Assembly: GCA_947644695.1 (NCBI GenBank)
Contig: CANSAJ010000005.1
Location: forward strand, 2,306-66,305
Source of the DNA: an uncultured Bacillota bacterium
Lineage (GTDB): Bacteria > Bacillota_I > Bacilli_A > RF39 > UBA660
Direction: 5' to 3'
Length of the DNA: 64,000 bases
The first letter of the stretch is position 1. The number at the start of each line of letters is the position of its first letter. Both the position numbers and the translations under genes were made by a program. Under the pieces are notes generated by a model. That model was given only the letters and a program-made list of their open reading frames with translations, made no database searches and was not told the DNA's origin. This document shows, one piece after another, positions 31,057-38,730 of the stretch.

Positions 31057-31062
31057 AAAATA

Positions 31063-31088
31063 AAAAAAGTGTAATTTTAACACTTTTT
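31063..31088 (-). terminator. dnaN terminator
   Basis: AAAAAGTGT-N7-ACACTTTTT with a T tail on the - strand. Confidence 0.75.
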
Positions 31089-31090
31089 AT

Positions 31091-32212
31091 CTAATAAGTC
31101 TTAATTGGAAGAATTAACTGAAGTAAATCACCATTATCATTTTCCCTAATAATAATAGGTTTTATTTCACCATTAAAATAAATTGTAACTTCTTCACTAT
31201 TAAAACTTTTTAAAGCTTCCATCATATATTTTGCACTGAATGAAATCTTTATATTTTCACCCTTAATTACATCCATATTCATAACTTCCTCAATCTTACC
31301 TATTTCTGGACTACTTGAAGTTATCATTAATCTACTACCTTGAGTTTCTAAAGATACAATATTCTTATCTTTAGCTTGTGCCAATATTGAAGCACGATCC
31401 ATTATACTATAAAATTCATTTAAATTTAGTTTATAAATAATTTCAAATTCTGATGGTACTAATGAATCTGTATTTGGATAAGTTCCATTTAATAAACTAG
31501 ATTGAAATAAAATTCCTCGATATTTAAATAAAACCTTATTCGAAAAAGCATGTAGCTCTATCTCATCATTATCATCCTCTATTAACTTTACAAACTCATT
31601 AATATTCTTCGCGGGTATTACTAAATTTATATTTTCCTCAGTCATACTAGCAAATTTAACTGACTTTTTAGCTAATCTATAAGAATCTGTAGCAACACAC
31701 TCTAAATTATTTGCTAAAATTTTTAAATTTATACCAGTAAGTAATGGTTTACTCTCCTGTTGAGAAGTAGCGAATACTGTTTGACTAACAATTTCCTTAA
31801 AATTACCAGCAGTAAGTTTTATAGGTACTTTTACATATTCCATTTTTATATTAGGAAAATCATTTACATCAAAACAATTTAAATTATATTTACTAGTAGG
31901 TGTTGATATAATAGCTTTGCCACCATCTATTTCCTCAATATCTATGTCCTCCGCTGGTAATTTTCTAATTATATCTAATATAAATCTACCATATATTACT
32001 AATTTTCCTTCTTCTTTTATATCTTTTATTTCATCTCTGTTGATAAAAGCTTTAATTGTAATCTCATTATCAGTAGCAGTTAAATACAAACCTTCACTAG
32101 TAAGTTCAAATAAAATACCATTAATAACAGGAATTATATTCCTATTAGATAAAGCCCTTCCTACATAATTTAAATTTTCAAATAAAACATTCTTATTAAT
32201 TTTTAATTTCAT
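31091..32212 (-). CDS. dnaN: DNA polymerase III beta sliding clamp
   Basis: LTATDNEI, VATDSYRLA, GTYPNT, QLILPI. Confidence 0.98.
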   Translation of the reverse strand: MKLKINKNVLFENLNYVGRALSNRNIIPVINGILFELTSEGLYLTATDNEITIKAFINRDEIKDIKEEGKLVIYGRFILDIIRKLPAEDIDIEEIDGGKAIISTPTSKYNLNCFDVNDFPNIKMEYVKVPIKLTAGNFKEIVSQTVFATSQQESKPLLTGINLKILANNLECVATDSYRLAKKSVKFASMTEENINLVIPAKNINEFVKLIEDDNDEIELHAFSNKVLFKYRGILFQSSLLNGTYPNTDSLVPSEFEIIYKLNLNEFYSIMDRASILAQAKDKNIVSLETQGSRLMITSSSPEIGKIEEVMNMDVIKGENIKISFSAKYMMEALKSFNSEEVTIYFNGEIKPIIIRENDNGDLLQLILPIKTY

Positions 32213-32346
32213 AATTTCCTCCTCATTTATTTTTATTAAAATAATTTTATTATTAAAGTGAATAATGTTTATAATGTTACTTTTTGTCGAATTTTAGGTT
32301 TTTTCTCAACCTTACTCACTGTTGATAACACCACTTTTCTCACATT
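32213..32346. other. oriC: oriC, dnaA-dnaN part (probable unwinding region)
   Basis: DnaA-box-like TGTTGATAA (32320), TGTTTATAA (32266) and AGTGAATAA (32257), next to TTA trinucleotide repeats (32247-32255) and an AT-rich tract; 0A box TGTCGAA at 32285. Confidence 0.75.
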
Positions 32347-33741
32347 TTATTCACTCATTTTTAATTTTAACTCAGAAATAATCTTTTCAAGTTCACTATT
32401 ATTTTTAATGTCTTCATTTATTTTTTCATATCCATGAATAACTGTAGAATGATCTCTCCCACCAAACTCAAGACCAATCCGTGGATAAGTTTCATCAGTA
32501 AGAGTTCTACATAAATACATCGCTATCATTCTAGCATTCGCTATTTCCTTACTTCTTTTTTTCCCTTTTAAGTCATCCACACTCAATTTAAAGTAATTAG
32601 CGACTACAAGCATAATTTTATTTATTGAATTATCTATATATAACATATTATTAGTATACTCATCTAACGCCTCAAGAGCTTTTTCTAAAGTTAAGTGATT
32701 TATTCCCATAATCGCAGAATAAGCATATAGTCTTGTAATCGCTCCTTCAAGATTTCTTACATCACTTCCACAATTAGATGCTATAAAATCTATAATATCA
32801 TCAGAGAGATCCATCATTAAATCTCCACTTTTAATCTTATTTTTAATGATTTTAACCTTTAATTCAAAATCAGGAACACTAATAATAGCTTTTAATCCCC
32901 AATTAAATCTTGTTTTTAGTCTATCAGCAAACATTTTAAGGTCATCAACACTTCTATCAGAACATATAATAATTTGTTTATCATTATAATATAGACTATT
33001 AAAAGTATTAGTAAACTCTTGTTGAGTAACAGTAGCACTTCCTAAAAATTGAATATCATCAATCATCAAAACATCAACATCTCTATATTTACTTTTAAAC
33101 AAATCAATATAATTAAGATTTTCTTCTTTATTTCCACTATCTTTAGTTATACTAATAAATTCATTCATAAACTCATCTGTAGTAATATATAATACCTTCA
33201 AATTTGAATTATTGTTAATATAATTTCCAATCGCATGCATCAAATGTGTTTTACCTAATCCACTTTTTCCATATAAGAACAATGGATTATAAAGCTTTCC
33301 TGGATTTTGTGCAACTGCCATACAACTACTATAAGCAAATCTATTAGAATCACCTACAACAAAGTTTTCAAAAGTGTATTTTTCATTTAAATTAGTTTTT
33401 CTAGTTTGTACAAAATTATCAATTTCATCATCGCTAGCTTGATAAACGTCATAATTAGGAGAATTCATATTTTTTTTAGGCATAGCTTCTTGATATTCTC
33501 CTTCTAAACAAATATTAATATTGTGAATAACTCCAGTTATTTCTAAAAAGATTTCTTCTACCAAATCTAAATAATTGTTAATAATATGATTCTTATGAAC
33601 TAAATATGGGACTAAAATATAAATATCTTTATCATTAATAGCAAGTAATCTAAGTCCCTTAAACCAAGTATTAAAAGTAATCAAACTTACTCTAAGGTTA
33701 ATTTGTTCTAAAAACTTTTCCCATATTTTATCCTTGTCCAT
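32347..33741 (-). CDS. dnaA: Chromosomal replication initiator DnaA
   Basis: YNPLFLYGKSGLGKTHL, IDDIQF, FGGRDHSTVIH. Confidence 0.99.
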   Translation of the reverse strand: MDKDKIWEKFLEQINLRVSLITFNTWFKGLRLLAINDKDIYILVPYLVHKNHIINNYLDLVEEIFLEITGVIHNINICLEGEYQEAMPKKNMNSPNYDVYQASDDEIDNFVQTRKTNLNEKYTFENFVVGDSNRFAYSSCMAVAQNPGKLYNPLFLYGKSGLGKTHLMHAIGNYINNNSNLKVLYITTDEFMNEFISITKDSGNKEENLNYIDLFKSKYRDVDVLMIDDIQFLGSATVTQQEFTNTFNSLYYNDKQIIICSDRSVDDLKMFADRLKTRFNWGLKAIISVPDFELKVKIIKNKIKSGDLMMDLSDDIIDFIASNCGSDVRNLEGAITRLYAYSAIMGINHLTLEKALEALDEYTNNMLYIDNSINKIMLVVANYFKLSVDDLKGKKRSKEIANARMIAMYLCRTLTDETYPRIGLEFGGRDHSTVIHGYEKINEDIKNNSELEKIISELKLKMSE

Positions 33742-33970
33742 AGAATCACCTCACTATTCACCGCTTATCCACATTCATTTTAACCCCATTTATTCTATTT
33801 TCAAAGTAAAATTTAAATCAAAAGTTATTAACATCTACTTATCAACACCTTATTCACTATTTTTTCATTTAATTTACGTATATTTTAAAAGTTATTAACA
33901 TTATCAACATTTTATTATTTACATATGTTAATATTATTGTCCACAATTATGTGGATATGTGAATAAATCC
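33742..33970. other. oriC: oriC, DnaA-box cluster upstream of dnaA
   Basis: TTATCCACA 33765, TTATCAACA 33839 and 33901, TTGTCCACA 33937, TGTGGATAT 33950, TGTGAATAA 33958. Gene orientation flips here. Confidence 0.92.
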
Positions 33971-33972
33971 AA

Positions 33973-34001
33973 TTGACAAATAATATTCTATAGTTTATAA
34001 T
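33973..34001 (+). promoter_or_regulatory. Consensus sigma-A promoter of rpmH
   Basis: TTGACA-N17-TATAAT. Confidence 0.88.
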
Positions 34002-34038
34002 CAGTTACGTCAAGAAGAAAAAGTTGGGAGGAACAAAA

Positions 34039-34164
34039 ATGAAAAAAACACCAGTAGTAAAAAAGAAAAATACTAAAGCAAAAAAGCAAGGTTTTTTGTC
34101 TAGGAGTAAAAGAATTTTAAAAAGTAGAAGACAAAAAGGAAGAAAAAGCTTAACAAATAAATAA
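34039..34164 (+). CDS. rpmH: 50S ribosomal protein bL34 (divergent, 41 aa)
   Basis: Not in ORF track. MKKTPVVKKKNTKAKKQGFLSRSKRILKSRRQKGRKSLTNK; GGGAGG RBS; divergent from dnaA and before rnpA. Confidence 0.9.
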   Translation: MKKTPVVKKKNTKAKKQGFLSRSKRILKSRRQKGRKSLTNK

Positions 34165-34224
34165 CTACTTGAAATAGTAGTTTTTTTGTATAAAAAAATA
34201 TTATTTAAACATAGAGGCGATATA

Positions 34225-34548
34225 ATGAACAAAGAATATATTGTAAGAAAAAACGAAGAAATAGAAAAAATTGTAAAAAAAGGAAAAAAAACAGTTAGTA
34301 AATTGTTTATTATATATAATATAGAAAGCAAAGATAAAAAAAATCAGTATTGTATAAGTGTTAGTAAAAAACTTGGAAAAGCCCATCTTCGCAATAAAAT
34401 GAAAAGAAGAATTAAAGATATATTAATGAAAAATAAAATGGAATTACATAGAAAGTATGTTATAATATTAAGAAAAGAAGCAATAGCTTCTACATATAAT
34501 GAATTAAAAGAAGTTTTAATTAATCAAATAAAAGGAGAAATTAAATGA
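34225..34548 (+). CDS. rnpA: Ribonuclease P protein component
   Basis: ISVSKKLGKAHLRNKMKRRIK (RNR-like motif). Confidence 0.95.
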   Translation: MNKEYIVRKNEEIEKIVKKGKKTVSKLFIIYNIESKDKKNQYCISVSKKLGKAHLRNKMKRRIKDILMKNKMELHRKYVIILRKEAIASTYNELKEVLINQIKGEIK

Positions 34549-35450
34549 AACGAATCAAAAAAATAGCAGTTATCTTAATAGCAGTAATATTTTTAACAAC
34601 AGGTTGTACAAAAAACTTTAAGGATGAAGAAACAAATAAAGTATACACCGAAAATATTTTATGTAAGCCCAAAGATAAAAAATCATTAGAAGCTTATGAA
34701 AAGAATGAAAATATAAAATTGGATAAATTACCAGATTGTGAAAACTTAAAAGTAACATCTGGAGGATATGAAGGACTTTGGACTAGCATCTTTGTAAAAC
34801 CACTAGCTTGGTTAATTGTTAAAGTAGGATTATTAGTAAAGAATTATGGATTATCAATAATATTATTAGGAATTTTACTAAGATTATTAGTTTTTCCTTT
34901 AAGCAAGAGAACATTAGATATGTCAGAAAATATGAAAAAAGCTAATCCAGAACTTCAAAGATTAGAAAAAAAATATGCTAATAGACAAGATCAAGAATCA
35001 CTATTAAAGAAAAATCAAGAAATGCTTTTAATATATAAAAAATACAATATAAAACCATTTTCAGGCTGCCTAGTATCTCTAATACAACTCCCATTATTCT
35101 TCGCCTTTTTAGAAGCAATACAAAGAATACCAGCAATTTTAGAAGAAAGATTAATAGGCTTTGATTTAGGAACAACACCTTGGATAGCAATTACTTCAGG
35201 AAAATATTATTATATTATTATAGTTATTGTAATAGCATTAAGTACATATTTTTCATTTAAAAATATGAATACAACTTCCTTAAACGAAGAACAAGCAAAT
35301 CAAACAAAATTTATGACAAAAATGATGGTAGTATTTATTACGATAATGTCTTTCACACTAAATGTTGGTATAGGACTTTATTGGTGCTCAACTAATACAT
35401 TTGCAATTGTACAAAACCAAGTAATAAAGAAAATCAGAAATAAAAAATAA
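34545..35450 (+). CDS. yidC: Membrane insertase YidC/SpoIIIJ (lipoprotein)
   Basis: Lipobox TTGC, GCLVSLIQLP, GLYW. Confidence 0.95.
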   Translation: MKRIKKIAVILIAVIFLTTGCTKNFKDEETNKVYTENILCKPKDKKSLEAYEKNENIKLDKLPDCENLKVTSGGYEGLWTSIFVKPLAWLIVKVGLLVKNYGLSIILLGILLRLLVFPLSKRTLDMSENMKKANPELQRLEKKYANRQDQESLLKKNQEMLLIYKKYNIKPFSGCLVSLIQLPLFFAFLEAIQRIPAILEERLIGFDLGTTPWIAITSGKYYYIIIVIVIALSTYFSFKNMNTTSLNEEQANQTKFMTKMMVVFITIMSFTLNVGIGLYWCSTNTFAIVQNQVIKKIRNKK

Positions 35451-35465
35451 TAAGGAAGTGAAACT

Positions 35466-36083
35466 GTGGAAAAATATATTTATAAAGGAAAGAATAAAGA
35501 GGAAATATTAAGAATAGCATGCGAAGAATTAAAAACAACAGAACAAGAAATTATATATAAACAAACAGAAGAAAAAAGTGGCCTTTTTGGAGGAAAGAAA
35601 ATTATTTTAGAAATTGTCAAAATATCAGACATAGCAGAATTAGGAAAATCATTATTAGAAAACTTATTATATGGTTTAAAAATAAAAGGAAAAATAGAAA
35701 AAAAGATAAGAGAAAATTCTATATCATATAACATTCACTCTAATAATAACGGTCTTTTAATAGGAAAAAATGGCAAAATTTTAGAATCAATATCTACCTT
35801 TATAAAACACAGTATAAACAGTCAAATAGGATTATATATAAATATATTAATAGATGTAGAAAACTATAAAGAAAAGCAAAATTATTATCTTGAAAGAGAT
35901 GTTAAAAAAATAGCAAGAGAAGTAACTCTATCAAAAATTCCAGTTAAACTAGATCCAATGAATTCTTATGAAAGAAGAATAGTTCATAATGCATTAGCGA
36001 AATTTGAATACATTGAAACAGCTAGTGAAGGAGAAGAACCAAATAGATATGTTGTTATAAAATATAAAGAAATAGATGACTAA
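35466..36083 (+). CDS. jag: RNA-binding protein Jag/KhpB/EloR
   Basis: Jag_N (GLFGG), KH (LLIGKNG), R3H (PMNSYERRIVH). Confidence 0.95.
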   Translation: MEKYIYKGKNKEEILRIACEELKTTEQEIIYKQTEEKSGLFGGKKIILEIVKISDIAELGKSLLENLLYGLKIKGKIEKKIRENSISYNIHSNNNGLLIGKNGKILESISTFIKHSINSQIGLYINILIDVENYKEKQNYYLERDVKKIAREVTLSKIPVKLDPMNSYERRIVHNALAKFEYIETASEGEEPNRYVVIKYKEIDD

Positions 36084-36180
36084 CTAAAATTTAAAATAGT
36101 TAGTTTTTTTATGATAAAAAGTTGTAATTTTCCATATAAACCCTTTATTTGTAGAGATTTGTAAAAATATTTTATAGTTC

Positions 36181-37109
36181 TTTACTACCAATTTACTACT
36201 TTATAAAAAATTTTAGTTGATGTATAATATGATTATAATAATTTTAAGAAAGAGGGATTTTATGGAAAAATTTTATTTTGCAGTTCCAGATATAAATAGA
36301 AAAGAAGACGCATTATCGTATATAAATGAATTTTATGAATATAATTCTGAAATTAATGGTGTTGGAGGACTTAATAGATATTTAGATGACTATGATGAAT
36401 GGTTAAAAAAATTGGAAGAAGATTATACAAGAATACCTAATGAAGACAAAGTTCCCGCGAGAACATATTTTTTAGTAAGGGAGAGCGATAATCGAATTGT
36501 TGGTATGATTAACATTAGATTAGCATTAAATGAAAATTTAAAAAAATTTGGAGGACATATTGGTTATAGCATTCGCCCTACAGAAAGAGGAAAAGGGTAT
36601 AACAAAATAAATTTATATCTAGGATTAAAAGTTTGCCAAGAGTATGGAATAGAGACAGTCTTAATGGATGCAGATAAAGATAATCCTGCTTCATGGCGTA
36701 CAATGGAATCTTTGGGTGGTAAAAATATAAGGGAATTTTTTGATAATGAAAACGCCCATTGCATAGTAAAAGATTATGAAATAAATGTAAATGAAAGCAT
36801 AAATAACAATTCAGCAATTTACGAACCAATGATTAAACAAACAATGTTACGAAAAAAATAATTTAGAAAATCATTATTCCGATATTACAATTTTAAATAT
36901 CAAAAATAAAAAAAACGAATTTTTTGCTACATGCTACACGCTACATAATAAGGGTAATACTATCCTTATTATGGCGAGGACTTTAGTGGCTAACGCCACT
37001 AGTCTCGCCTATAAGACTATACTTTGTTACTATGACACTGTATAGTTTTTTTAATATTTTAAATTAATGCATAAAAAATTTCTAAATTTTACTACCAATT
37101 TACTACTTT
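36181..37109 (+). repeat. Pair of 22 bp direct repeats TTTACTACCAATTTACTACTTT
   Basis: Exact copies at 36181-36202 and 37088-37109; each is a TTTACTAC doublet at an 11 bp period. Confidence 0.9.
36262..36861 (+). CDS. GNAT-family N-acetyltransferase
   Basis: IVGMINIR...GGHIGYSIRPTERGKGY, DNPASWRTMESLGG. Confidence 0.9.
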   Translation: MEKFYFAVPDINRKEDALSYINEFYEYNSEINGVGGLNRYLDDYDEWLKKLEEDYTRIPNEDKVPARTYFLVRESDNRIVGMINIRLALNENLKKFGGHIGYSIRPTERGKGYNKINLYLGLKVCQEYGIETVLMDADKDNPASWRTMESLGGKNIREFFDNENAHCIVKDYEINVNESINNNSAIYEPMIKQTMLRKK

Positions 37110-37283
37110 TGAAAGCAAAAATATAAGAAATTATAAAAATATATGTGAATATCTTTCAAAAATAAAAATGCCGTAAACACATATAAATAATGGTTATAAC
37201 AACATTTAAGAACTTATAAAAAGACAGGTGAAAATTATATAACTTTTTGTATTAAAAAAATCAAAATCTTGGGAAATATCCCA

Positions 37284-37299
37284 TATTTCCCGGGAAATA
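37284..37299. promoter_or_regulatory. Noc-binding site (NBS) just upstream of the mnmE promoter
   Basis: Perfect TATTTCCCGGGAAATA; degenerate copy AAAATCTTGGGAAATA at 37263-37278. Confidence 0.85.
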
Positions 37300-37309
37300 C
37301 GACATAGAA

Positions 37310-37338
37310 TTTACATCTTTAGCTTTACGTGGTATAAT
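37310..37338 (+). promoter_or_regulatory. Sigma-A promoter of mnmE-mnmG-rsmG
   Basis: TTTACA-N17-TATAAT with extended TG. Confidence 0.75.
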
Positions 37339-37363
37339 CTAAAATCGTAATGGAGGGACTATT

Positions 37364-38719
37364 ATGAATGATACTATCGCAGCAATTGCAACAGCTGTAG
37401 GAAACAGTGCAATCAACATAATTAAAGTAAGTGGAACAAATTCTATCGACATTGTAAATAAATTGTTTAAAGGAAAAAATTTGACAGAAGTACCAAGCCA
37501 CACAATTAATTATGGTTATATTATAGATAAAGATGAAAAAATAGATGAAGTCTTAGTTTCTATTTTTAAATCTCCAAATACATATACAGGAGAAGATATA
37601 GTTGAAATAAATTGTCATGGTGGAGTCTCTTGTACAAATAAAATATTAGAATTAACACTAAATAATGGTTGCCGTCTTGCAGAACCAGGAGAATTCATAA
37701 AACGTGCTTTCTTAAATGGAAAAAAAGATCTATTAGAAGCTGAATCTATTGCAGACCTAATAAATGCTAAAACAGAAGAAGCAAGAAAAATGAGCATGAA
37801 AGGCATAACTGGAGAACTTTCAAAAATGATAAAAACATTAAGAGAGAAATTATTAACCATAATAGCAAATATAGAAGTAAATATAGATTATCCAGAATAT
37901 GAAGATGCTATAGTTTATACTAACGAACTTTTAGAAGAAAATATATCAGAGATAAAAAAATCTCTAGAAAAGATTTTAAAAGAATCAGAAAAAGGAAGAA
38001 TAATTAAAGACGGACTTAATATTGGAATAATTGGAAAACCAAACGTTGGAAAAAGTAGTCTTTTAAATCATCTTCTGGGAGAAGAAAAAGCTATAGTAAC
38101 AGACATAGAAGGAACAACTAGAGATATAGTTGAAGGAAAAATAATCTTAAATGGAATAACACTCAATTTAATAGACACAGCTGGAATAAGAGAAACAGAA
38201 AATGTAGTTGAACAAATTGGAGTAGAAAAAAGTAAAAAAATATTAGATGAATCAGATCTAATAATTGCAATATTTGATGGAAGTAGACCTTTAAGTGAAG
38301 AAGATAACAAAATATTAGAAAGCTTGAAAAATAAAAAAGTAATTATAGTATTAAATAAAGTAGACTTACCTCAAATGATAGATCTAAAAAACTTTTCACC
38401 TTTTTCAATTGTAGAAACATCAATAATAAATAACAAAGGAGTAACAGACATATTAGAAAAAATAAAAGAATTATTTAACTTGAATGAAATAGAAAATCAA
38501 GATTTTACATATCTATCAAATGCAAGACAAATATCTCTAGTAAAAAAATGCGTAGTATTAGCAAATGAAATATATGAATCAAATAAACAAGGAACGGAAA
38601 TAGACTTAATGCAAATAGATATTCAATCTTTATGGGACCTCTTAGGAGAAATAATAGGAGTATCATATAAAGATGAACTACTAGATGAAATATTTAGTAA
38701 ATTTTGTCTAGGAAAATAG
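37364..38719 (+). CDS. mnmE: tRNA modification GTPase MnmE
   Basis: GKPNVGKSS, GTTRD, DTAG, NKVD, C-terminal FCLGK. Confidence 0.98.
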   Translation: MNDTIAAIATAVGNSAINIIKVSGTNSIDIVNKLFKGKNLTEVPSHTINYGYIIDKDEKIDEVLVSIFKSPNTYTGEDIVEINCHGGVSCTNKILELTLNNGCRLAEPGEFIKRAFLNGKKDLLEAESIADLINAKTEEARKMSMKGITGELSKMIKTLREKLLTIIANIEVNIDYPEYEDAIVYTNELLEENISEIKKSLEKILKESEKGRIIKDGLNIGIIGKPNVGKSSLLNHLLGEEKAIVTDIEGTTRDIVEGKIILNGITLNLIDTAGIRETENVVEQIGVEKSKKILDESDLIIAIFDGSRPLSEEDNKILESLKNKKVIIVLNKVDLPQMIDLKNFSPFSIVETSIINNKGVTDILEKIKELFNLNEIENQDFTYLSNARQISLVKKCVVLANEIYESNKQGTEIDLMQIDIQSLWDLLGEIIGVSYKDELLDEIFSKFCLGK

Positions 38720-38730
38720 GAAGTGATAAT

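Larger units (their letters stand above)
36104..37260. mobile_element. Putative non-autonomous integrative islet between jag and mnmE
   Basis: Identical 22 bp direct repeats at 36181 and 37088, imperfect AT-rich inverted ends, internal GC-rich hairpins, a single cargo gene, no recombinase. Confidence 0.55.

Noticed and set aside
34005-34386. Minus-strand ORFs (108 aa, 61 aa) over rpmH/rnpA, and similar short antisense ORFs across the window
   Set aside because: Phe/Ile/Leu/Ser-rich shadows of A-rich coding strands, with no recognisable motifs.
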